DNA from: Eledone cirrhosa
Taxonomy: Eukaryota
Assembly: GCA_964016885.1 (NCBI GenBank)
Contig: OZ024764.1
Location: 24,304,001 to 24,368,000 of the forward strand
DNA length: 64,000 nucleotides
Direction of reading: 5' to 3'
Shown piece by piece: positions 53,008 to 64,000 of the stretch. Made by a program: the position numbers and the translations under genes. Within the stretch, counting starts at the first letter, position 1. Every line of letters starts with the position of its first letter. The notes under the pieces are model-generated. The model made no database searches. It worked only from the letters and a program-made list of their open reading frames with translations, and was not told the origin of the DNA.

Positions 53008-54600
53008 TTTGTGCCAACCCTTAAACATGAATCTTGGGTAATGACTTAAAGAATATGATTGCAAATACAAGCAACCGAAATGGGGATCGTTTGAAGGGTC
53101 TTTGGAGTAACGTTACTCTATAGAGTATAGCTCGGAGGTGAGAGAGTAGCTTCAGGTAGAGTGACTACTCCAAATTGAGAGATCACAGCTCTGATACTAC
53201 AAACATGGGGTCAGAAGGTCACAAGAAAGAATTGTTGGACAGATTTTACAGGCAAAACCAACCGGCAGGAGACCCAGTGATAGACCCCAAGATGGTTGGA
53301 CAACATCCATGAGCTCAGCTGGTATTCCTTGCTGACCCAGCCAGATCAATTGGAGAGGGTTGCTTCTGGCATGACTGAGGACTCTGCCCCCACAACCCTC
53401 ACAGGAATAACATGGTACCAAGACATGGGAAGTGAATGCGGAGGATTTGTGAAGACCGAGAAAGCAGCTGGTCCATCAGGAATAGTTGCCAAGATGCTGA
53501 AAACATCTGGGTTGGTAGGTTTCAACATAACCACACGTATTGTTAACCAGGTAATACTAGAAGGTGTCATACCAAATGATCGGGGCAGCAGCATCATTGT
53601 CAGCTACTACAAGGGTAAAGGAGAGGCACTAGATAGAGGAACTATAGAGATATAAAGCTGATGGACCAGGTCATGAAAGTAACAGAAAGAGTTATAGCAC
53701 AGTTGATTAGGGACCAGGTGTATCTAGATGAGATGCAGTTCGGATTTGCACCAGGCAAAAGCACCACAGATGACCCCTTCCTAGTGAAGCTACAGGAAAA
53801 TTACCGAAATAAATGTAAGCCGCTCTACCTGGCATTTGTTGATCTGGAAAGACATTTTTGACAGAGTCCTTCGTGCCATAATCTGGTGGAGTCTCAGAAA
53901 ACGAGGTATAAGTGAGTGGCTTGTAAGTGGCTGTACAAACCATGTAGAGGTGCGAATTCAGCAAAGTTAGGGTTAATGACTATAGCAAGGAATTTGGCGT
54001 CCACCAGGGTTCTATTCTTAACCCTCTCCTGTTTATTATCATACTGTAGGCTCTAAAACAGGTACTTCTTTACCCAGAACTCATCCTCCATGCACATCAC
54101 ATGTCCATACCATCTCAGCCTTCCCTCCTGCACACTACAATTTATCTCTCTTATACAGTTTCTCTCTTAACTCGTCTGTGCTTGGTCTTTCACGCACATT
54201 CACATTGCACATCCAATGGAGCATGCTTGCCTCAATTCTCTCCAGCCGTCGCATATCCTCTGCAGTTGCTGCCCATGTCTCACTACCATGCAGCATTACA
54301 CATCTCACACAAGCATCATATAACCGGCCTTTCGTTTGTAGGGAGAAACCGTTCTTTGTCAACAGAGGAAGCAGCTCCCTAAACTTCTTCCAACCGTCCT
54401 TATTCTAGATACTATGGCCTCGGAACACCCCACTCCCATACTAATTTGATCTCCTAGGTACCGGATGCTATCAACCACTTCTATAGAACCTATCTGCATT
54501 TGAAAAATGTGTCTATCAATGCGACTTCTACTGTCTAATTTCCCTGTACATCTACTGCATACGTATTTCTCCCTACCTGTTAGTTTTCCTGCTATATCCC
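53008..54600. mobile_element. Cluster of decayed LINE fragments (plus strand 53008-54050, minus strand 54062-54600)
   Basis: MDQVMKVTERVIAQLI..EMQFGF..LAFVDLE on plus; MLHGSETW on minus. Confidence 0.85.
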
Positions 54601-54694
54601 ACTACATCTCTTGTGTACCCCAGATCTGCATTATGTAGATTTTATATATATAAATATACACATACACACACATATATATATATATATATATTAT

Positions 54695-55195
54695 TGAGAG
54701 GCGTGCCACAGCTTGAGATCGGTGTGGAAGTCGAACCTTTGTAAAGACCTGAAAATCCGCCTCTTCATTGCTGTAGTGGAGTCTGTGCTGCTGTACGGGT
54801 CTGAGACTTGGACACTGACCAAAAGACACACTCAGATGGTGGATGGGTGCTACACAAGAATGCTGAGGATGGCTCTGAACATTAATCAGTATACACTGAG
54901 GATGAAAAGCTCAGAGCTGTACGGGAGCCTCCCAAAAGTCAGCTCAAAAGTGACACAGAGGAGACTGAGGTTATCTGGACATGCTCACCGACATCCAGAG
55001 TTGACATTGCACTCAGTGCTCCTGTGGTAGACCCTATGGACACACTGGAAGAGGAAGACCAAGGTTAATGTATGTTGATGCCCTAAGGACAGACACTGGT
55101 CTGTTGGAGACGCAAGACATGGCAGCGATAATGAGGGACAGAGACCACTGGAGAGAACTCATCCATGGATCTCGGGAATTTTACTCGCCCTAGAA
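54695..55195 (+). mobile_element. LINE RT C-terminal fragment (different family)
   Basis: KIRLFIAVVESVLLYGSETWTLT..YTRMLR..RRLRLSGH. Confidence 0.85.
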
Positions 55196-55270
55196 TATAT
55201 ATATATATAAATATATGTATATAGATATACATATATTTATATATGTTTATTTATATTTATATATGTATAT

Positions 55271-57828
55271 CTAACAAACGACAATGACTTCCTAATCATT
55301 GCAGGAGATTTTAACGGACACGTAGGTAAATACTGTGACGGCTTCTATAGAGTTCATGGAGGCCATGGGGTTGGCACAAGAAATGAAGAAGGATTCAGGC
55401 TTCTAGAATTCTGCAACGCCAATGACATGTCGATATGTAACACAAACTTCAAAAAATCCAACAACCATCTGATCACCTATAGATCAGGGGAGCATTCTAG
55501 TCAGATAGATTTTATCGTCATCAGAGGACATGACAGATGGACGGTCGTAAACACAAAAGCCTTCCCTAGTGAGGTATGTACCTCCCAACATAGTTTAGTT
55601 GTCAGTGACCTCACAGTCAGAACTAGACGAACCTGGAAACAGAGGCCAACCTGGAGAAGAAAGATCTGGAAGCTGAAAGACCCCTCAGCTAGTAACAGAT
55701 TTAAAGATATTTTACTCAACGCCTATGACAGTAAAGAAAAACAGATAGAGACATTCAATGTAGAAGAGCACTGGGAGTTCCTATAAAATAACTTACTAAA
55801 AGTGACGGATGAGATCTGTGGCTGGAGTAAGACCACAGGGAGGAGGAGAGTGACTTGGTGGTGGAACAATAAGGTAGATGAGAAGGTTAAAGCCAAGAAG
55901 CAGGCATGGAAAGAATGGAAGAACGGGGGAAGCAGGGTACATTACATAGAGACCAAGAGGGAAGCTAGGCGACAAGTATACTTAGCTAGGAGGGAAGCAG
56001 AGGATAGAAAATTCAAGCATGTTTTGCAATGTGAGGACCAGAAACAGGAGTGTTCAAGATTGTGAGGCAGTGTGTCAGAGATAGTTGTGATGTCATTGGA
56101 GAGAAGTGTATCCGGAATGATAAAGGTGAGCTTGCCCTCACAAGTGCTGAGAAGAAAGATGCATGGAAGAGCCATTATGATAGATTACTAAATGAGGAGA
56201 ATGCATGGGAAGAAGAGACCCTACCCCAAGTAGACCCTATAGAGGGGCCAGCAGTACAAGTCAGCAGTAGTGTAGTAAGTAAGGCAACCCGTCCATCGGG
56301 TATAGCTGCCGAGATGCTGAAAGCATTTGGGTCGGTAGGTCACACCATAACCACACGTATTGTTAACCAGGTAATACTAGAGGGTGTCATACCAAAAGAT
56401 TGGTGCAGCAGCATCATCGTCAACTGCTACAAGAGTAAAGGTGATGCACTAGATAGAGGAAACTATAGAGGTATAAAGCTGATGGACCAGGTCATGAAAG
56501 TAACAGAAAGAGTTATAGCACAGTTGATTAAGGACCGGATGGAAATAGACGAGATGCAATTTGGGTTTGAACCAGGAAGAGGCACCACTGATGCCCTGAA
56601 TCTATGGTAGAACTAGAGAAGAAATTCCAAACTTGGAAGCAGGGACTAGAAATAAAGGGTCTCAAAGTCAACCTGACAAAGACTAAGGCCCTTGTAAGTA
56701 GACTAGAAAACAGAACCCAGATCCCCTCAGGGAAATGGCCTTGCTCAGTATGTAGGAAAGGTGTAGGTAGGAACTCCATTCTCTGCCCCAAATGCAATCA
56801 ATGGGTACACAAGAGATGTAGCGGGATCTCAGGAAGCTTTACTTAGAATGTAGGCTTCACATGTAGCAGCTGTGCTGGGACAGCAAGCAGCAAACAGCCA
56901 CAGGAAACAAGTACTCTGGGAGGGCTCTGTAGAAACAGTAGACAGCTTCTGCTACCTAGGTGATCGAATTAGCAGCGGAAGTGGGTGTTCAGAAAGTACA
57001 ATAACTAGGGTAAGAACGGGATGGAAGAAGTTCAGAGAACTACTGCCACTGCTAGCTGCAAAAGGCTTTTCCCTCAGAATGAAAGGCAGACTGTATGATG
57101 CGTGTATACGAACAGCAATGTTACATGGTAGTGAGACCTGGGTGCTGAAGGTAGAAGACTTATGTAGATTAGAAAGAAACGAAGCCTGCATGCTCCGATG
57201 GATGTGTAATAGTAATATACGTGAACAGCAAAGCATAAATGAATTGAGAGAGAGACTGAGAATAATAGGAATCAAATGCTGTGTGCAGGAGAGGCGGTTG
57301 CGTTGGTATGGACATGTAATGCGTATGAAGGTTGACAGCTGCATAAAAAGGTGCAGAGAACTAGAAGTCAATGGAAACCTCGAAGTGGGGGGACCCAAGA
57401 AGACCTGGGATGAGGTGATAAAAACCGACCTTACCGAATTACACCTCTCAAAGGCAATGACACACGACCATGACCTCTGGCGTCACGCAGTAATACAGAG
57501 TACTCGACCTCCCATGGGTACAAGCTGAAGCGTATAGACAATATTCCCCCACACCCTCCCACTGCAAACTGGTCGTGTAGGTGCCACAGCAAAAAAGCAC
57601 CCAGCCCACACTGTAAAGTGGATGTGTAGGCGCCACGGTAAAAAAGTACCCAGCACTCACTGTAAATGAGGTTGGTGTTAGGAAGGGCATCCAGCTGTAG
57701 AAATCTAGCCAAATCAGTTCCTGTATGATCAAGGCATGGTCAGCCGACCAGACACTGCCCACAACAGGACAACCCGTCTAACCCATGCTAGCGTGGAAGA
57801 ACGGACGTAAAACGGTGATGATGATGAT
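55271..57828 (+). mobile_element. Second RTE LINE copy with an internal deletion removing the YADD region
   Basis: Colinear with 36768-39420. At about 56596 it jumps from GRGTTDA to ESMVELEK. Confidence 0.93.
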
Positions 57829-57958
57829 ATATATATATACATATATATATAAACATATATATATATAAACATATATATATATATATAAACATATATATAT
57901 GTTATATATATATATACATATATATAAACATATATATATATAAACATATATATATATA

Positions 57959-57989
<31 letters not shown>

Positions 57990-58002
57990 ACATATATATA
58001 TG

Positions 58003-58049
<47 letters not shown>

Positions 58050-58214
58050 CATACACAACATGCATATATATATATATATATACAGACATACACAACACAC
58101 ATACATATATGTATATATATATATATATTCGCACATCTTAACTATAATAAAGTAAGGACTGCAGGACTGCGTATGGTTTATTTCTTTTAATCCAGTTGGA
58201 TTACTTTCAATAAA

Positions 58215-58396
58215 TAATTGTTTCTACTTTAGGCACAAGGCCAGCAATTACCCAGGGCATTACTGGTACTTTATTTTATCGACCCCGTAAGGATGAAAGG
58301 TAAAGTTAACCTCGGCGGGATTTCAACTCAGATCATAAAGGGCCGTAACTCTATGCTGGAAAGCATGGCGTCCGACTCTCTACCGATACTGCCATG
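58215..58396 (-). mobile_element. SINE family 2
   Basis: Reverse complement homologue of 32438-32630. Confidence 0.8.
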
Positions 58397-59315
58397 AATG
58401 AATATTACATAATTTATCTACTAAATTTCGTAAACATAAATAATTTAAAATTGACTTCTTTTCAAAGTTGCACTTCCGGTATATCGTCGCCACCACCACC
58501 ATTTCAACTACCATATATATATAGAGAGAGTGTGTGATGAGAGAGATAGAGAGATTTCTACACGCTGACGCGTATGAGTGCACACATACATACATCTATA
58601 TGTATGAGTATATAACTATTATCACTATATAACTATAATTGCGCAAACACAAACTTATAAAAATACACCCTCACGGACATAATTCACACAAATACACATA
58701 CATTCACACAAATACACATACATTCACACAATTACACATACATTCACACATATATACATACATTCACACATATATACATACATTCACACATACTTTCACA
58801 TAAACATACATACATTCACACATATATACATACATTCACACAAACATACATACATTCACATATTCATTTACACAAACATACATACATTCACACACTTTCA
58901 CACACACATACATTTACACAAACATACATACATTCACACATACTTTCACACAAATATACATACATTCACACATATACTTTCACACAAACATACATACATT
59001 CACACATACATTTACACAAACACACACATACAGTCATGATAGCGTTCAGTTTAATTGGAAATGGGAGGGTAAAACAAGTATAATGTTTTATTTATTTATG
59101 AACCCTTTTTTTAAAACTCAATTACTATAATGGTTACAGAAGGTAAACACTAACAAATATAATATATACAAAGGAAAAAAAAGAAAGAGAAATAGTACAC
59201 AAGCAGGTAATACACACATCTTAGGCCACAGAGCAATATGCAGGCGAAAGAGTGGAAAACGAGCCTCTATCAGAGCAAAAGATAGCAATATAGCGAGGAG
59301 CACTGGGAAACCTCT

Positions 59316-59720
59316 CTAATAATTTTTGAGGCAGGCCAGCACACTAGCAGCATTACCTCGGGTGATGGCGAGGCTGAGGTGCTGGAACAACCAAGTGCCC
59401 TCACGAGCATCACCAGTTACCTCTGTTTGGCGAGCTGCCAGTGAAGATAAGAATCTCGCAGGCTGGATAATGTAGTTAGCTGACAGAACACGGTATTTTA
59501 GGATTTTGTTCCGTTCAGCTGCAGATGCTGTAGCTCTCACCCTTACCGCTGCATCCAGGATGTGGGAAGAAGCAAAAGAGTCACTAACTGTGATGTCCCA
59601 GGTAAGGCACCTGCCTCTTGACCAGGAGCACAGAGTAAGACCGTCAAGTCTTTTCCCATCAATTTAGGAAAACCCAGACAGTTCCAAAATTGAGGGGATG
59701 TTTGCCCGGGCCAAAGCTCT
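59316..59720 (-). mobile_element. CRE-like non-LTR retrotransposon C-terminal (restriction-like endonuclease) fragment
   Basis: DGKRLDGLTLCSWSRGRCLTWDITV..AAERNKILKY..LFQHLSLAITRGNAASVL. A TGTA-rich repeat (58680-59030) follows downstream. Confidence 0.75.
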
Positions 59721-59929
59721 TGAGTGGTAATAGGACAGTGTGTATGTGCGCACGAGTGAGTTCGTCGGCGTTCTTAAATTAGAGACGCGTGTGTGTGTGT
59801 GACTTTTTAAATTAGACATATATATGTCTGTATCTCTTTCCTTCCTTTTACACACACATACATTCACACAAACACACCTACACATTGTGTGATGGACGAG
59901 TGGACAGAAGTCCCTCAAATTTATATACA

Positions 59930-60368
59930 TGTGAATGGAGTTCTACTGAAGCAGTTGTAGAAGTTCAAGTATCTTGGAGCCGTGTTCATGAGTGATGGAA
60001 TGCAGGAGGCTGAATTAAGTGCAAGAATTGCAAAAGCTGAATCAGTAATGCGCCAGCCTCAGCAATCAGATGAAGGGGGTGGGGGGTGGGGGGTGTAAAA
60101 GCCACACCCGCTGTCTTCCTGGTATTCCTGCCAACTCTTACCGAGGATCATGAATCTTGAGTAATGACCAAAAGAATACAATTGCAAATAAAAGTGGCAG
60201 AAATGGGATTCCTCCGAAGGGTCTTTGGAGTAACGTTACTCAACAAAGTGCATGAGTCAGAGACCAGAGAGTCACTCCTGGTAGAGGCGCTACTTCTCCG
60301 AATTGAGAGATCACAACTCTGATATTATGAGTATGTGGTTAGAATGTCTCAGTAAAGAATCGCTGGAC
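59930..60368 (+). mobile_element. Decayed LINE RT fragment (unamplified source family of the 51- and 65-bp arrays)
   Basis: VEVFKYLG-like start, HES*VMT, VAEMGFLRRVFGVTLL, LLRIERSQL. Confidence 0.8.
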
Positions 60369-60377
60369 ACATAATAA

Positions 60378-61090
60378 ATAATTATTGTGGGTAATATGGT
60401 GGGTAAAATGATTATTGTGGGTAAGTTGTGGGTAAAATGATTATTATGGGTAAGTTGTGGGTAAAGTGGTAGGTAAAAATAAATATTGTGGGTAAAGTTG
60501 TGGGTAAAAATCGGACCCCCCGTATAAAAAACGGATCCCCCCCAAATATAAAACAGATCCCCTCTAAATAAAAAATGAATCCCTCTAGATGAAAAACGGA
60601 TCCCCCCCACAACTAAAAAATGGACCCACCCAAATAAAAAATAGACCCCCCCCAATTAAAAACGGACCCCCCCCCCCCCCCTAAATAATAAATGGATCCC
60701 CAAATAAAAAATTGACCCAAATAAAAAACGGACCCCTACAAAATAAAAAATGGTTCCCCCCAAATAAAAAACCACCCCTCCCCCCTCAAATACAAAACGG
60801 ATTATTGTGGGTAAATGGTGGGTAAAATAATTATTGTGGGTAAAGTGGAGGGTGAAATCAAGAAAGGGAGAAAGAGGGTAGGAAGTGGAGTAAAGGGGGG
60901 TAGGGAAAGAATGGGTTGGAAGAGGCAGAAGTGGAAGAAGGGGAGGAGAAACATCAAGGGAAGGAAGGAGGGAAAAGAGGAGGGAAGACAGCAGGTTAAA
61001 GAAATAGGGGTTAAAAAATGGGGAAAAGTAGGGAAGAGGCGTAAAGAGGGATACGAAGTGTAAAAGTGTGGGTAAGAGGCGGAAAATGGT
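60378..61090. repeat. Low-complexity composite repeat (gtgggtaa units, aaaaacggacccc units, GA-rich tract)
   Basis: Visible directly; origin unclear. Confidence 0.6.
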
Positions 61091-61417
61091 GTAATGAGGG
61101 AGAATCAACACCACAAGGTCAACCACGAGGTCACGCTAAGTGATATGTGTTTCTTTCACAAGAATTTTGAAGCAAAAGATACCAAGTAACCATGTAACTT
61201 CAGTAGCTCTTCATGATTGACTCCGGGAGAAACTGTAGGACCAGCCACCAATAAACACCCTGGTAGTCGGCAAGCATGATCAACTGTCCTGTATGTCTAT
61301 GATCAGCTAACAGCTTGGGACCTGTGAACTGGAGCAACATGTAATAAAATATCTTGCTCGAGGACACAACACGCCTTCACTCAGTTGATTAGTCTTGTAT
61401 ATATAAATATATATATA

Positions 61418-61916
61418 AAACCTACTACAGCCAGCCAGTAGGCATCTCTAACAAAATACACCCCCGTCCCACCACCCCCACCCCATCCACACCACCCCTT
61501 TCAATGTAAAGTTATGTTGGTGCCACAACATCCAGGCCGAAACAAATGAGATCGTGTAGGTGTCACGACAAAAAAAACACACAGTCCACGCTGTACTGTG
61601 GCCGTGTAGGTAACACGGTAAAAGCCTCCCAGCCCCACACTGTAAATGTGGTTGGTGTTAGGAAGGGCATCCAGCTGTAGAAAACCTACCAGACAGTCCA
61701 CGCTGTAATGTGGCCGTGTAGGCAACACGGTAAAAACCTCCCAGCCCCACACTGTAAACGTGGTTGGTGTTAGGAAGGGCATCCAGCTGTAGAAAACCCG
61801 CCAGACAGTCCTATGCGAGCAAGACAATCACTCTTGCCTCAAGTGGGAAAACCCCCGTCCAAACCCATGCAAGCGTGGAACACGGACGTTAAACGTTGAT
61901 GATGATGATGATGATG
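61418..61916 (+). mobile_element. RTE 3'UTR element, tail B, with duplicated core
   Basis: Reverse complement homologue of 7717-8200. Confidence 0.85.
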
Positions 61917-62111
61917 ACACAATATATTAAATTTGTTATATATATATATATATTTCCTATTTCCCACTCTACTACCCTAAGTATTGAGTACTCTGGTGCG
62001 TTATGGTCCATCTGGTTCCTTACTACAATTCCTTTGTTATATATATATATATATATATATACAATTCAATGATATTAAATAAATGGAAACTATATTTATA
62101 AAACCATATTT

Positions 62112-62174
62112 ATTTTATTATATATATTTCAAGGGTAACCAAGACAACATTGGTACGCTTTCATCAGATAAAAT
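62112..62174 (-). ncRNA. Type I hammerhead motif
   Basis: AUUUUAU-CUGAUGA-AAGCGUACCA..UGGUUACCCUU-GAAA-UAUAUA-UA^AUAAAAU. Confidence 0.75.
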
Positions 62175-62434
62175 ACAAAGTTTGTTTTACTTCTACTTAT
62201 ATATATATATATAAAATAATTAAGTCAAATATTTAAAATTTGGCTCCGTTTATTAAAGATGTACTGCTCTATATATTTCGGTAACAGCCATCATTGGCTA
62301 TGACCTCTTCAGGCAGTCCGAATTGGTGTGGGAAAGACAGGTACACATGTTGTTGAATGTGTTTTACTCCGTCAATACTCCGATATGTTCAACTCCTGGT
62401 TGTGTTGTTATTTCTCTGAGGAACTGGAATCATA

Positions 62435-62837
62435 TGTTAACAAATGAAAAATATTCGCATTATCAAAATATATATTTTATTATATATATTTCAAAGGTAC
62501 TATGTTGTTTTTTCAGTACGTCCTCATCAGACAAAATATATGATTTGATATATGACATAGCGCTACGGTCTTGATTATTCAATTCTCGACTGCCAATACG
62601 GCTATGTCATATATCAAATCATATATTTTGTCTGATGAGGACGTACTGAAAAAAAACAACATAGTACCTTTGAAATATATATAATAAAGTATATATTTTG
62701 ATTATGTGAATATTTTTCATTTGTTAACATTTTGAATAATATTAAAAACACCAGGAAAACTTAATTGTTGAGTGCTTCTAATCTATTGTAAAACTGTATT
62801 CGTTGAGTAATCGACGAACCATATTAATCTTTTTGGT

Positions 62838-62840
<3 letters not shown>
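62435..62840. mobile_element. Inverted-arm element with mirror hammerheads
   Basis: Arms at about 62435-62561 and 62601-62729. Hammerheads at 62474-62537 (-) and 62625-62690 (+); same family as 33852. Confidence 0.82.
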
Positions 62841-62867
<27 letters not shown>

Positions 62868-62868
<1 letters not shown>

Positions 62869-63098
62869 GGAAAGTTATATTTAAATTGTTGGGTTAACAA
62901 CGAGTAAATATTTATAACTGATATAAAAGCACTCAACAAGTATTTGGAGTATATTTATGATATTAAATAAATGGAAACTATATTTATAAAACCATATTTA
63001 TTTCGTTATATATATTTCAGGGATATCATATTGATATCCCTGAAATATATATAACGAAATAAATATGGTTTTATAAATATAGTTTCCATTTATTTAAT

Positions 63099-63105
<7 letters not shown>
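62868..63105. mobile_element. Fold-back element whose hairpin centre lies in hammerhead stem II
   Basis: tttcagggatatc-atatt-gatatccctgaaa centre at about 63031, with perfect arms of about 72 bp. Confidence 0.8.
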
Positions 63106-63185
<80 letters not shown>

Positions 63186-64000
63186 GGCATACGTCAAAAT
63201 GGCCGGTCGCAAAAGTGAAACTAATTTTTGACGACAATTACGTACGTCATTATTTTCAATTTGGATTGTGAATTTGTTTGTTTTTTTTACAACAGGTCTC
63301 AATAGTGAAAGTCAATTTTATTGATGGTGTTAATTAGTGTTGCGTGTACGTGATAATTTTTTTTATATCTTTTTTTGTGTATTGTGTGTACGGAAAATTT
63401 TTTTTAAAATAATGACATTGTGTGTTGAAATAAATACATATTGAAAATCTTTATTTAAATAAGTGTTTCTACTTTTAGCACAAGGCCAACAATTACCCAG
63501 TACATTACTGGTACTTTATTTTATCGACCCCATAAGGATGAAAAGCAAAGTTAACCTCGGTAAATAATGACATTGTGTGTTGAAATAAATAAATATTGAA
63601 AATCCTTATTACACCCTATAAATAGCTGAAATACAGTTGATCATCTTGCCAAAATTGTTGGCACCAACTCTCTGCCGCCAAAGAAATTAAGGTAAGGTCA
63701 TAAGAAGGACAGAGAATGATAAGGGATTTGGGTCAGAGGGGCAGCTTGGGGTCAGAAAGGGGCAGATTGGCGTCAGAAGGGCTGGGAAAATTTTATTTAT
63801 TTTTGTTAAACCAATCACCGAAGGCTTCATTGTAATACAGTGTCACATCAAATATGGCTGCACGAGTGTATGGTCGCGTTACCTTAGTTGAAGATATTTT
63901 GGATAACAATGCTATTGTTAATCGCTTTGAAACAATGTACACACTCTTCCCGGCGATAGACGGTGACACGTTGTGTATGTTACAGTGGTTGGCCAGTCGA

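Noticed and set aside
51472-53024. 17-aa repeat proteins
   Set aside because: 51-bp LINE-derived minisatellite, open on both strands, with no splice context.

Overview
AT-rich, repeat-dense animal genomic DNA, most likely a coleoid cephalopod (octopus). This is inferred from the [10 protein letters not shown]-type C2H2 array, the tRNA-SINE and RTE-LINE families, and the (TA)n microsatellite load. Two host genes are supported: a minus-strand multi-exon secreted SOUL/HEBP2-like heme-binding protein gene (exons 14034-13909, 11136-11010 and 2937-2787, probable ATG exon 34058-34041, continuing beyond the window start) and a plus-strand 14-finger C2H2 zinc-finger gene (49962-51248). The rest is decayed RTE LINEs, SINEs, maT (DD37D) transposon relics, a CRE-like fragment, and mini- and microsatellites; most ORFs in the supplied track are repeat artefacts. 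Two patterns stand out. (1) About 17 type-I hammerhead-ribozyme-like motifs from several sequence families, mostly in non-coding, (TA)n-flanked fold-back (palindromic) elements resembling Penelope-like pseudo-LTRs. (2) At least five tandem arrays (51, 65, 80, 80 and 136 bp units) whose units are internal pieces of LINE reverse-transcriptase C-terminal sequence, most amplified in place. All folds and alignments were done by eye and need computational confirmation.
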